From Octopus bimaculoides (taxonomy: Eukaryota): a stretch of DNA of 64,000 nt. The DNA is taken from the NCBI RefSeq assembly GCF_001194135.2, contig NC_068981.1, positions 180,692,905 through 180,756,904 on the forward strand, read 5' to 3'. Position numbers and translations under genes: made by a program. This document shows, one piece after another, positions 1 to 11,633 of this stretch. Within the stretch, counting starts at the first letter, position 1; every line of letters begins with the position of its first letter. The notes beneath the pieces are model-generated. The model saw only the letters and a list, made by a program, of their open reading frames with translations, ran no database searches and was not told the origin of the DNA.

Positions 1-2
1 AG

Positions 3-205
3 GAGACAGTTGCACATGTGCTCTCTGAATGTAAAATGCTTGCTTCAAGGATTTATAAGAACTAGAGACAAGATAAAGTTGCTACAACCTTACATTAATG
101 AATCTGTAAAAAAAAATAGGGGATTTGGACATGTTGGAAATGGTATGACCATAAAACAGAATGTGTCTTTGAAAATGACCAGGTAAAGGTACTGTGGTAG
201 GAATA
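3..205 (+). mobile_element. Decayed non-LTR retrotransposon, R4/Dong-like zinc knuckle/RLE region
   Basis: Translates with stops as ETVAHVLSECKMLASRIYKN*RQDKVATTLH**ICKK...KWYDHKTECVFENDQVKVLW. Confidence 0.75.
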
Positions 206-247
206 TTGACAGAATCCCTAATGCCAACTTACTGCCTAAGAATTAAA

Positions 248-517
248 GGTAAAAAAAGTAAAGGTTACCTTCTCGAGTCATGCTGACTCCTCTCCTAAGG
301 GTCAGTTTTCTGGTTTCCATGGCATATAAATTCTTCCCCTGGACAGGACACCAGTCCATTACAAGATTACTCACTTTTGGCTGCTGAGTGGACTGAAGTA
401 ACACAAATGAAGCATTTTGCTCAAAAATACACAATGCACCACCAATCCAGGGATTGAAACCGCAATCTTACGACCGTGAATCCAACACCCTAACCCCTAA
501 GCCACATGCCTCCACCT
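248..517 (-). mobile_element. tRNA-derived SINE (family B variant)
   Basis: Reverse complement begins GTGGAGGCATGTGGCTTAGGGGTTAGGG...GGTTTCAATCCC (A- and B-box-like); similar copies at about 41770-42090 and 34245-34480. Confidence 0.7.
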
Positions 518-1144
518 ACCTTGGAATTGAACCTGAATCTCTGTGTTCAAACATAAAAGTAACTAAAAACCAAAACAGGATTTTGTTAGGGATTGGTGAC
601 ATCAGCAAGTAACTAGCCATTCAGATCTCTGGTAGAAGTATAAAGAACTCGTTCTTATCAGTGGTTTGGCTGACCAGCGAAAACACAGTAGACCCAGCAG
701 ATGTTTAACTCATTAATATCCCCATTGTAAACAGACCATTAAGTACATATAGTTTCTCTGATAACTAACTAATGGTCATAATACAGTTAAAATCAACTAA
801 CTGCACGAACCTATGCCACTCATTGGAATGTAATAACTATCACAGTCTACTATCTCTGCTGACACAGACATACATTCGTCATGGACACACATAAACTGAT
901 TCACCTGGCTGCATGTCTTTTCACGTTGCTGTAGCCTGTTGTTACAGTACTATGGTGTATGGTAATTCAAACAGATGACAAAAGCATTCCTCGCCAGATA
1001 TTGTCATACACAAGAAAGAGGAAAGTGTGTTGCTTAACTGGTGTTGCTTACCTGTTTGATACAAGAGTGTTAGAAAAAGGACTTGGGAAAATAGATAGAT
1101 ATCAAAACTTAAAATACCATTAGTTAATCTTTCAGCTATAGGCA

Positions 1145-1305
1145 CAAGACCTGAAATTTGTGGGGAGGGGATAGTCAGTTACATCGTCCCAGTACACAAC
1201 TTGTACTTATTTTATCGATCTCAGCAGAATTTAAACTCAGAACATGAAGGCGGATGAAATAATGCTAAGCATTTCATCCAGCATGCTAATGATTCTGCCA
1301 GCTCC
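1145..1305 (-). mobile_element. SINE family C, partly deleted copy
   Basis: Reverse complement GAGCTGGCAGAATCATTAGCATGCTGGATGAAATGCTTAGC matches the copies at 10938 and 22570. Confidence 0.65.
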
Positions 1306-1364
1306 TCTAAAAAAAGTAGACCAGCCTTAACAACAACAGCAACAGCAGAAGCAACAACAAGCTT

Positions 1365-1600
1365 GCCAAAGTAGTTGAAAATAAAGACATTATTGTTCTT
1401 TGAAATTTAGTATCCAAACTGAATATGCTATTCAGACCAACAGACCAGATATTGTGGTAAAAAAATGACATTGACTAAATATATCTACACATAGATATGT
1501 GAATCGCAACTGACTGCAACATCTCTGTGAAAACATTTGAAAAGTTAAGTAAATTTTAGAATTTTTGAATTTGAAGTCTCAAAAAATGTGGCATCTTAGG
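1365..1600 (+). mobile_element. Second R4/Dong-like RLE endonuclease relic
   Basis: With frameshifts: KVVENKDIIVL...IQTEYAIQTNRPDIVVK...HIDM*IATDCNISVKTFEKLSKF...MWHL (RPD motif of RLE). Confidence 0.7.
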
Positions 1601-2448
1601 CCAACAACTTTACTGCCTTCCATTTGAAGACAGTACCAAATGGCACTTTTAAACACATCTATTCACCATGCAGGAATAACTACAGTTGCCACAGCTGCAG
1701 TGAAAACTTCTACATACTGAGTCCTCCATACAGAGGGTTTTCACAGTAATTGGATCTTTCACAAGAATGCACACCATACTAAAGAAACTACACCTTCCAC
1801 AAAAATGCATATTTAAGTGCAGATGCCCCAGTCTGGTCTGATGAAATCTGAAGCAATATCCAAAGTTCAGACACTAATAAAATATGAAAGTGATGTATCC
1901 ATTCACCATTGTCCAAAGTTTGACCTTCAAGAATAGTTTTCTTTCCTTTCTAAGAGTGCCAGCCCCATTACACCTATCCTCCTCCTGGTTTCTAGCTATC
2001 TGGAGATCTGACCATAACTAAGTCTGGTTGAGTCCAGTTGTCTAAATACCTTAGCTTAGATTACTTTGCATAACTTTAAAATATCTCCTAAAATTATATT
2101 CCTTTAAAACAGCAACATTATCTTGCCATATTAGATACACCACTTGTAATGTTTGTTTATCTATGTCCATTCTTTGTTTAATATATAGCATTCATCTTTT
2201 ATTTTCTAGATTAAATTTTTTTTTTAAATTGTAGTTTTTGTAATATTTGTTGTCAGAGTAAAATCTGAAATATTTATTAAAAAACCTGAAATTATTGAAC
2301 ATCTGATGAGCAATGCTTTCTGATTTTGCTTTCAAAATTGGGAAACTTAATTAGTCTCATTAAGCATGCTGTTCTTTCAAACAATCTTGTATGTCAAAAT
2401 TTTTCAAGAATGTCTGAAAGCCATACTTTGCTTACCTTCACAATACTC

Positions 2449-2889
2449 AATGGCAGATTTATGTATGGATCAATAACAGCCATGGTCCAGGGACCCCAAG
2501 CTTGGGTGGCAGAGTTTCCTTAAGCATTCCTTAAGCATTAAGACAGAGAAGCCTAAAGCTTGAAATTAAAAATTTTTTAAATATATTTACAGTAATCAAA
2601 TAAATAATTTGTAATGTTTTAATTACTTATTTAATTTTTTTAATCAAATAGAATTTTTTAAAAATTGCCGAGCTCACTTTCAATTTGTTGGGCCTTTTTA
2701 AATTTAAAAAGTCCTTAAATTCAACCGAGTCCCTCTGAATCTACTAAGGCTCTTTTAAGTTTGGGGTCTCTTCAAACTGTTTGGGGCCCCTTCATTTAAT
2801 TGGGCCTTTGTGTGTTTTGAATTAGCAAAATCATTGGGACCCTCAAAGGCTATTTACCCAGGGGCCTCCATGGGTTTAAGTCCACCCCT
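2449..2889. mobile_element. Possible degenerate hAT-like MITE
   Basis: Left end CAATGGCAGATTTA and right end TTAAGTCCACCCCT resemble CAGGGGCGGATTT-type TIRs; AT-rich core. Confidence 0.3.
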
Positions 2890-3012
2890 CACAATAATCC
2901 GTTTTCCTTCCCTTATAAGTATTTGACACTCTGTCTAAAAGACTATAAACCAGTATTTTTTAAAACTTTTTTCTTTGGTTTTTTATTATTATTATTATTA
3001 TTTTCTTTACAG

Positions 3013-3255
3013 GAAGATTGTAGCCCGTTGTTGCCAAATTTCTTCCAGTTTATGACAGTCATGGCCTTTTACATATTCCTCAAAGAAAACATTGATGTGG
3101 TTGTATTGGAAGTTGGCATTGGTGGTGAAAATGACTGTACGAATATAATTCGAAACCCTATTGCTTGTGGCATCACACATCTTGACATCGATCATATAGA
3201 CTATCTTGGAGACACCTTGGAAAAAATTGCCTGGCACAAAGCAGGTATATTCAAG
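3013..3255 (+). CDS. FPGS: FPGS coding exon, first one found in window (phase 0-0)
   Basis: tttacag|GAA...AAG|gtaagt. Encodes EDCSPLLPNFFQFMTVMAFYIFLKENIDVVVLEVGIGGENDCTNIIRNPIACGITHLDIDHIDYLGDTLEKIAWHKAGIFK, containing the FPGS/FolC motifs EVGxGGxxDxTN and DHxxxLGxTLExIAWxKAGIFK. Confidence 0.95.
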
Positions 3256-3340
3256 GTAAGTTTGAAATCATCAAATCATTTATGTATGTGTGTATGTATC
3301 TTCACACATATGTATTTGTGTGCATTCATATATGTGTACA

Positions 3341-3755
3341 GGCATGGTGGCTGTGTGGTAAGAAGCTTCTTTCCCTACAACATAGTTCTGGGTTCAGTCC
3401 CATGTGTGGCACCATGGATAGGTGTCTTCTGCTATTTGCTCAGGTTGAATAAATCCTTGTGAGTGGATTTGGTAAACAAAAACTGAAGGAGGCCTGTGAG
3501 TGCATGTGTGTGCGAGTGTCAGTGTCATTGTGTGTGTGTGTGTGTGTGTGTCTTTGTATCTATGTTTGTCCCACACTTCATAACTGGTGTTGGTATGTTT
3601 ACATCCTCTATAACATTAGTGGTTCAGCAAAAGAGTCTAATAGAATGAGTACCAGGTATAAAAAAAAATTGTAGTGGGGTTGATTCAATCAATTAAAAAT
3701 TCTTAAGTGCAGTGCTCTAGCATGGCCGCAGTCTAATGACTGAAACATGCAAAAA
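3341..3755 (+). mobile_element. tRNA-derived SINE family A, diverged full copy
   Basis: Head GTGGCTGTGTGGTAAG...GGTTCAGTCCC, internal (TG)n, tail CAGTCxAATGACTGAAAC; at least 10 copies in the window. Confidence 0.8.
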
Positions 3756-4168
3756 CAAATGTTAAATCTGGTTCATGGGTGCTGTGGAGAATGATGTAAC
3801 AAAGTTGCAGAGAACAAACAAGGGATTCATTAAGAGTTATGTCCCTTGGCCCCAAAGTACATTAGGATGGTTGTAACGTTGTAACAATCTGGAGGATGAA
3901 AATATATGCAGGTTGGGGTGTATTAAAGGGGTTTAATGTGTGTAGGTTTGTTTGGGGTGGGAGAGGTGTTTGGCAAGCACCCAATCAATTAACCGTGTGT
4001 ATGATGCATATGTGTATGTTTCCATTTGTGTATATTTTGGTTAAAGACTACTGGTTTCTCAGATTGTGACAGCCAGTGGTAGAGAGCCCAATTCATATAG
4101 TCATGGTGAGACCCATAGGTAAGATAATATATATATAGGTATATATATATATATATATATATATGTGT

Positions 4169-4372
4169 GCAGGAGTGGCCATAGGCGCAGGAGTGGCCAT
4201 AGGCGCAGGAGTGGCTGTGTGGTAAGTAGCTTGCTTACCAACCACATGGTTCCAGGTTCAGTCCCACTGTGTGGAACCTTGGGCACGTGTATTCTACTAT
4301 AGCCTTGGGCCGACCAAAGCCTTGTGAGTGGATTTGGTAGACGGAAACTGAAAGAAACCCATCGTATATATG

Positions 4373-4405
<33 letters not shown>

Positions 4406-4600
4406 CTGTGTTTGTCCCCTCAACATCGCTTCACAACCGATGCTGGTGTGTTTACGTCCCCATAACTTAGTAGTTTGGCAAAAGAGACCAATAGAATAAG
4501 TACTAGGCGTCCAAAGAATAAATCCTGGGGTCGATTTGCTCGACTAAAGGCGGTGCTCCAGCATGGCCACAGTCAAATGACTGAAACAAGTAAAAGAGAG
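4169..4600 (+). mobile_element. SINE family A, full copy with triplicated 5' end
   Basis: (GCAGGAGTGGCCATAGGC)x2 followed by the canonical head, internal (TA)n(TG)n and GTAAAAGAG tail; close to the copies at 21498 and 32715. Confidence 0.85.
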
Positions 4601-4773
4601 AGTATATGTCTGTATGCGTTAGAGGTTAAGCAACCATCTAAGGGATAGAAAATATCCAATATACTACTGGGTGTATACCTACGTATTTATATCCAAGTGC
4701 TTACTGTTGCAAAGCGATATCACAATTGAATACTAGGTATGGGTGGGGGTAAATCAGAAATTTACCCAGGATT

Positions 4774-5081
4774 TATAAGGCAAATAAGACAATGGAGAGG
4801 ATAAACAATAGACAAACATCAGCCTGTAAACATTCAATTTATTAATTGATTACAATCATATGCGTAGGTGATCCAAATAAGCAAATGAAATGAGCAAATA
4901 AATAACTAAATAAATATATAAATAAAAATAAACGAATAAGAATTAAATGAGTGTATTTGCTTATTTCATTCGTTCATTTGGATCACCTACACATATGATT
5001 GTAATCAATTGATAAGTAGATATAATGAATGTTTACAGGTTGATGTTTGTCGATTGCTTATCCTCTCCATTTTCTTATTTG

Positions 5082-5088
<7 letters not shown>
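4774..5088. repeat. Foldback inverted repeat, arms about 130 bp
   Basis: 4774-4900 is approximately the reverse complement of 4954-5088, with a 53-nt AT-rich spacer. Confidence 0.85.
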
Positions 5089-5115
<27 letters not shown>

Positions 5116-5978
5116 AATATATGAGTGTATGCATATATATGTACATGTATGTATATACATTCATCTACATGTACATATAGATACATAACTGGGTACATGA
5201 CGTGGCAAAAGAACAAGGACAAAATGGTAAACAAGGTGCAACAAACAAGCAGGCCACATAGAAACATCCCCTTCATCAGCTGCCACCATTAAAACTCCGG
5301 CGTTTCGAAGAATTAAGGCAGTACGCATCGTTAAAATGGTTCTTCCCACGAACACAAATTAAATTGTTTTTNNNNNNNNNNNNNNNNNNNNNNNNNNNNN
5401 NNNNNNNNNNNNNNNNNNNNNNNNNNNNNNNNNNNNNNNNNNNNNNNNNNNNNNNNNNNNNNNNNNNNNNNNNNNNNNNNNNNNNNNNNNNNNNNNNNNN
5501 NNNNNNNNNNNNNNNNNNNNNNNNNNNNNNNNNNNNNNNNNNNNNNNNNNNNNNNNNNNNNNNNNNNNNNNNNNNNNNNNNNNNNNNNNNNNNNNNNNNN
5601 NNNNNNNNNNNNNNNNNNNNNNNNNNNNNNNNNNNNNNNNNNNNNNNNNNNNNNNNNNNNNNNNNNNNNNNNNNNNNNNNNNNNNNNNNNNNNNNNNNNN
5701 NNNNNNNNNNNNNNNNNNNNNNNNNNNNNNNNNNNNNNNNNNNNNNNNNNNNNNNNNNNNNNNNNNNNNNNNNNNNNNNNNNNNNNNNNNNNNNNNNNNN
5801 NNNNNNNNNNNNNNNNNNNNNNNNNNNNNNNNNNNNNNNNNNNNNNNNNNNNNNNNNNNNNNNNNNNNNNNNNNNNNNNNNNNNNNNNNNNNNNNNNNNN
5901 NNNNNNNNNNNNNNNNNNNNNNNNNNNNNNNNNNNNNNNNNNNNNNNNNNNNNNNNNNNNNNNNNNNNNNNNNNNNNN

Positions 5979-6017
<39 letters not shown>

Positions 6018-6429
6018 TATACAATATTAAGGATTGAAATGAATCAGGTACTTAAATGATAGGCATCAAGTTGCATCAGACTAACTTGCAAAACAGCACC
6101 GTAAGTCGAATAAATAACAAGAGTACCAAAGTACATCCAGAGAAATATTAAGACTATGTATACAAAGAGTTTAACTCTTATAAGGATTTTAATAGCCTAT
6201 GTGCTAATCCAAAAGTGTATGTTGTATTGGTCAAACAATATTTGGTATACTCCAGAATGTCCAATGGGTTGGGATTCCAGTGAGGTGTATCATGAACAAA
6301 TAAATAACAAATGATGGATAAGTGACACTCATCCATTGTTTGTTATTCATTTGTATATATATGTATGTATGTACCATTTAGTTCTGGTCTGTGTTTGTCT
6401 TACATTTTGCCTTGTTTTTGCTATACCAG

Positions 6430-6507
6430 CGAGGTGCAACTGCAATTACAGTCTTACAACAAGATGTTGCATTGAAAGTTTTTTGTGAGAGAGCTAATAA
6501 TAAAATG
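6430..6507 (+). CDS. FPGS: FPGS coding exon (phase 0-0)
   Basis: ataccag|CGA...ATG|gtaagt. RGATAITVLQQDVALKVFCERANNKM resembles the FPGS segment that follows GIFK (xGxPAFTVxQ...L.VL..RA). Confidence 0.9.
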
Positions 6508-6711
6508 GTAAGTGTTTTGTTTGTCACTTCGCTTTAAAATTTTTCCAAAGTGTGGTTGTTGTCATTGTTGTGCTGGCAAGAAGTTGTAGTGGTAGCAGCA
6601 GTTTGTTCAACCCTAGGTCTGCTCTCACTGACCAGAACTATGATGAAAGGTGCTGCTGTTATGATCTTTCCATCTTCCACTCAGACACTGTTTACTGAAC
6701 TAATTTACACT

Positions 6712-7008
6712 CCATCCGTTACGACGTCGAGGGTTCCAGTTGATCCGATCAACAGAACAGCCTGCTCATGAAATTCATGTGCAGGCGGCTGAGTGCTCCA
6801 CAGACACATGTACCCTTGATTCCAAATGACACAGAATGTGACAAGGCTGTCTGAAATACAGGCGCTACTCATTTTTGCCAGCTAAGTGAACTAGAGCATT
6901 GTGGAATAAAATCTCTTGTCCAAGGACATCACTCACCAGCAGGTATCAAACTCATGACCTTATGATCGTGGGCCGAGTACCCCTAACCACAAAGCTACAT
7001 GCCTTCAC
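6712..7008 (-). mobile_element. SINE family B
   Basis: Shares GAGTGCTCCACAGACAC and GTTGATCCGATCAAC blocks with 9285-9706, 18845-19150 and 54540-54861. Confidence 0.75.
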
Positions 7009-7390
7009 CCCTGTTTACCTAGGAATGCAACTGTATACTCCATCGTGATTCTCTTTCTTTTCAAGGAAGAAGATTATAATTTGAGTGAGATTTGGCTGCT
7101 CTTTCTACCAGGTTAAATGACCATGAAAAGACTCCTTANNNNNNNNNNNNNNNNNNNNNNNNNNNNNNNNNNNNNNNNNNNNNNNNNNNNNNNNNNNNNN
7201 NNNNNNNNNNNNNNNNNNNNNNNNNNNNNNNNNNNNNNNNNNNNNNNNNNNNNNNNNNNNNNNNNNNNNNNNNNNNNNNNNNNNNNNNNNNNNNNNNNNN
7301 NNNNNNNNNNNNNNNNNNNNNNNNNNNNNNNNNNNNNNNNNNNNNNNNNNNNNNNNNNNNNNNNNNNNNNNNNNNNNNNNNNNNNNNNNN

Positions 7391-7427
7391 TGTGGCGGCG
7401 GCGGCGGCGGCGGTAGTGGTTGTGGTG

Positions 7428-7460
<33 letters not shown>
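7391..7460. repeat. (GGC)n/(GGT)n trinucleotide tract next to a gap
   Basis: Directly visible; ends about 40 nt upstream of FPGS exon 7502. Confidence 0.9.
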
Positions 7461-7501
7461 TTTGTTTATGCTTTTTTCTTATGCTGCTTTTTTTATTACA
7501 G

Positions 7502-7646
7502 TGTTCCCTCTACTTGGCACCCCAACTACAAAACTACAGCACCTCAAAGAACTGCCAAATACTTGAAGAGAGAGAAGATTGTGAACTTGAAAATATGTCA
7601 CTTGCTATTCAACTAGCGAGAGTGTGGATACAGAATCACAACAAAG
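7502..7646 (+). CDS. FPGS: FPGS coding exon (phase 0-1)
   Basis: tattacag|TGT...AAAG|gtatac. CSLYLAPQLQNY...CELENMSLAIQLARVWIQNHNK matches the CPLYLxP...QxxNAxLAxQLAxxW segment. Confidence 0.9.
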
Positions 7647-8204
7647 GTATACCACAAACAACAATCCTTCCAGTCGTCAATCTGTTTGCTAGAAATAACA
7701 GCTAAATCCCCATTAAGCCAAAGCCTATGCACTTAAAAAGAAAGAAAATAAGGATATCATATGTAATTCAGTTTCACTATTACTGAAACAAAATTATGCA
7801 GACATGGATAGGTATAGGCGTGGCTGTGTGAGAGGAAATTTGCTTTTCAGCCACATGATTTCAGCTTCAGTCCCACTGCATGGTACTTTGGGCAAGTGTA
7901 TTCTATAATAGTCCTATAGCTCTTGACTGACCAAAACCGTATGAGTGGATTTGGCAGATACAAACTGGAAGAAGTTGAGCAGGTTTATTAAAACATAATT
8001 ATCAGCAACAGAAGCAGTATTAGTGCGAAAAAGCAATTTTTGTATCCAACTTAACATGAATGTTTTGTTGGAACTTTAAATACTGCCTAATATACCTTGA
8101 GAGGAAAACCCTACCACCACCACCACCACCACCATTACCATCATCATATAGGTGCAAGGTGTATAAAAACACGCATATTTATATCATTGGCAGATGAGAA
8201 CCGA

Positions 8205-8246
<42 letters not shown>

Positions 8247-8998
8247 ATTATTATTATTATTATATGTGCATGTGTCTTTGTGTCTTGTTTGTCCCCTGTT
8301 CCCATAACTTAGCAGTTCAGCAAAAGTGATTAATAGAATAAGTACCTGGCTTAAAATATNNNNNNNNNNNNNNNNNNNNNNNNNNNNNNNNNNNNNNNNN
8401 NNNNNNNNNNNNNNNNNNNNNNNNNNNNNNNNNNNNNNNNNNNNNNNNNNNNNNNNNNNNNNNNNNNNNNNNNNNNNNNNNNNNNNNNNNNNNNNNNNNN
8501 NNNNNNNNNNNNNNNNNNNNNNNNNNNNNNNNNNNNNNNNNNNNNNNNNNNNNNNNNNNNNNNNNNNNNNNNNNNNNNNNNNNNNNNNNNNNNNNNNNNN
8601 NNNNNNNNNNNNNNNNNNNNNNNNNNNCACAACCTCTACTTGACAAATTGTGTTGTGTAGGTTTCTATACATCCTTGTACCATAGCAGTTTGGCAAAAGA
8701 GACTGATAGAATAAGTACCAGGCTTTAAAAAAACACATATATACTGGGGCTGATTTGTTTAAGTACCAGACTTAAAATTAAGTACCGGGCTTATTTTGTT
8801 TGACTAAACCCTTCCAGATAGCTCCAGCATGACCACAGTCCCATAACTGAAACAAGTAAAAGATTAAAGATATAGATGATTTTTTTTCTCCCAGATTTTC
8901 TGGATTATGTTTAATTATTTTATTTCATTGATTTAAACAATTTTGCAATGTGAGGTTCTTTTACAATGACTAGATAACAAATGTTTTTTTTTTCTTAG

Positions 8999-9091
8999 TT
9001 GCATCAGAGAGGAAATGGGTGAATCCCTTTGAGGGAGAGGAAATTCCTGAGATAGACAAAGATGTGGCAGATATAGAGGATTCTATAACAA
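8999..9091 (+). CDS. FPGS: FPGS coding exon, symmetric phase 1-1, 93 nt
   Basis: tttcttag|TT...ACAA|gtaagt, open in the required frame (VASERKWVNPFEGEEIPEIDKDVADIEDSIT). Supported by splice signals and position; weak sequence similarity. Confidence 0.75.
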
Positions 9092-9284
9092 GTAAGTCCC
9101 ATGTAAGGATTTTGTTGGTTTGAAACTCTGTGCACAATTTTTCTTAAGGACCATACCAACATACATACCTGCATACATACATTCATACATCATATTTGCA
9201 TTTATACATACCTACATGGTATTTATACATACCATACATTGATACATATTTGTATGTGTACAGGCATGCATACATACATACAAG

Positions 9285-9706
9285 TTGTTGTTGTTCTTGG
9301 CACTCCGTCGCTTATGACGTCGAGGGTTTCAGTTGATCCGATCAACGGAACAGCCTGCTCATGAAATTAACGTGCAAGTGGCTGAGNNNNNNNNNNTGCT
9401 CATGAAATTAACGTGCAAGTGGCTGAGCACTCCACAGACACGTGTACCCTTAACATAGTTCTCGGGGATATTCAGCGTGACAAAGAGTGTCACAAGGCTG
9501 GCCCTTTGAATACCGGCACAACAGAAACTGGAAGTAAGAGTGAGAGAAAGTTGTGGTGGAAGAGTACAGCAGGGTTTGCCACCATCCCCTGCCGGAGCCT
9601 TGTGGACCTTTAGGTGTTTTTCGCTCAATAAATACTCTGGGAATCGAAACTGCGATCCTATGACTGCGAGTCTGCTGCCCTAACCACTAGGCCATTGTGC
9701 CTCCAC
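9285..9706 (-). mobile_element. SINE family B, near full length, spans a 10-N gap
   Basis: tRNA-like head at the right end and (CAA)n tail at the left end. Confidence 0.8.
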
Positions 9707-10351
9707 TTCAGGTCATGTATACATGTATTTACTCATCATGTTCATTCATTGGAGTGCAGAAGACTAGTCATCCTTGAGGATGATTGATGACTTGATAGTG
9801 AGATTGTTTAAAGTGAAGAAGACTTGTGCACCATCAACCTCACTCTCTCATCTGTAACCATCTTCAATCCAGTGACAAAACCAGGGGATGACCAAGAACT
9901 TCTGTCAGTTTCTGTCTACCAAATCCACTTAGAAGGCTTTGATCAGATTGGGACTATAATAGAAAACACTTGCCCAAGGTACCACTCTATCGAAATGAAC
10001 CTGAAACCACATGCTTGGGAAGCAAACTTCTTAACCATACAACCACGTCTGTGCTGTATAAAATATATCAATTCATTGTTATATACAGTTTACTCTTTGT
10101 AATTAACCATAAAGCTTACCATTTATTGTGTATGGACTTTCCAAGGCGAATCACTATTTTAGAAATAAAGCAAATTCTAGAGCCAAAGTATAAAGGACCA
10201 AAAAATAAAAGACCATAAAAATAGTTGGGAGTGAAAAACCAAGAGAACAGGAAAGTGTAAAGGGCTATAAAAATGAAGTAAAATGTAATAAACAGAACTT
10301 ATTCTAACTGGACCTCTCTAATAGTATATATTATTTGTCATCCATTAACAG

Positions 10352-10449
10352 TACTGGAGCCTCTAAAATTACCTGCAAGACTTCAAATTTTCACAGAAGG
10401 AAATATTACTTATTATATGGATGGTGCACATACAAATGGAAGTATGGAA
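10352..10449 (+). CDS. FPGS: FPGS coding exon (phase 1-0)
   Basis: ttaacag|TA...GAA|gtatgt. LEPLKLPARLQIFTEGNITYYMDGAHTNGSME contains the PxR and DGAHT motifs of the C-terminal domain. Confidence 0.93.
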
Positions 10450-10937
10450 GTATGTATCTCTAGTCAATCATTATTAAATTTTTTGTGTTTAATTCTATAA
10501 TTTAAGATTATCTTTACATAATTTGAGTCTATCAGGATTTTCATATAATCTACATTTAGTATGTAACAACTTTTTCATAAAGTTACTTGTCTAGAGTTTG
10601 TCAGCATGTCTTTATCATGTCATGTGGAAATTTATTTTTATATCTCATGTATGTTTCCTACATGTACCTTCATACTGTAAATGAGCTTTACATCATGTGA
10701 CTGGGTAGTCATCTAGATCCTCTACAGCAAGAAACCTATTCTGCTCTGGCCCTTTTCTCTCATATTTTACCCTTCTCTACTCCTCATCTCCTAGCATAAA
10801 GTTGCCACCTTGAGGTTTGTAGTCTTGCAAGTTGCATGACAACCTGGTAGTGCTGAGAGAATGAAAAAAGCACCCTGTACATTTTGTAAAGTGGTTGGCA
10901 TTAGGAAGGGCATCCAGCTGTAGAAACCATATCAAAA

Positions 10938-11167
10938 GGCGGCGAACTGGCAGAAACATTAGCATGCCGGGCGAAATGCTTAGCGGTATTTTGTCTGCTG
11001 CTACATTCTGAGTTCAAATTCTGCCATGGTCGACTGAGCCTTTCATTCTTTCGGGGTCGATTAAATAAGTACCAGTTACGCACTGTGGTCAATGTAATCG
11101 ACTTAATCCCTTTGTCTGTCTTTGTTTGTCCCCTCTATGTTTAGCCCCTTGTGGGCAATAAAGAAAT
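10938..11167 (+). mobile_element. SINE family C with 16-bp target-site duplication
   Basis: TAGAAACCATATCAAA at 10921-10936 and 11168-11183; inserted into an older RTE-tail-type element. Confidence 0.85.
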
Positions 11168-11446
11168 TAGAAACCATATCAAAGCAAAAATTGGAACACA
11201 ATGCAATCCTTGAGTTTGTTGGATCCTGTCAAACCATTGAACTGATGCCAGTATGAAACATGGAGGTTAAGTAATGATGATCATGACGATGATGATGATG
11301 ATGATATATGACTGTGTAACTCCACTCTGTATGTGATCTAATTATTTTAATATAAAATGCAACTTGCAACTTAAAGTCAGAGATGCCCATAGGTGAGCAA
11401 TTTTGTCAGAAGGTTCCTGTGGCTGATATGGCGTAATGCTTTACAG

Positions 11447-11633
11447 CAGGGGTCCCCAAACTCTTTAAACCATTGATCCCTTCATGGAATCCTTGACCCC
11501 ACATTGACCACCAAGCAAGTACAAAAAGAAAATAATAATAATTAAGCAGATGTGCAGTTTCAGGTATTTATCGACCCTTTGAATAGTCCCATCGAACCTC
11601 ATGGGTCTGTATCAACTACCTTGGAGACCCCTG
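11447..11633. mobile_element. hAT-type MITE
   Basis: TIRs CAGGGGTCCCCAA / TTGGAGACCCCTG; flanks CTTTACAG and CTTTATGG form a degenerate 8-bp TSD. Confidence 0.7.

Noticed and set aside
1-3012. Upstream FPGS exons (GKGS P-loop, SPHL...RERI)
   Set aside because: Not found by eye in this interval; probably upstream of the window.
2923-3462. 179-aa ORF taken as a whole gene
   Set aside because: Only 3013-3255 is exon; the hydrophobic N-terminal part is a (TTA)n/pyrimidine tract and the C-terminal part is intron plus SINE.
4205-4290. tRNA genes suggested by A/B-box-like motifs here and in other SINE heads
   Set aside because: No complete cloverleaf; each continues into a shared SINE body.
4101-4426. 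Recurrent ORFs beginning MPKVPHSGTEP or MLGGQTQTH
   Set aside because: Antisense translations of SINE family A, not a gene family.
9357-9427. 31-nt direct repeat TGCTCATGAAATTAACGTGCAAGTGGCTGAG either side of a 10-N gap
   Set aside because: Typical unmerged contig overlap within a single SINE; assembly artefact.
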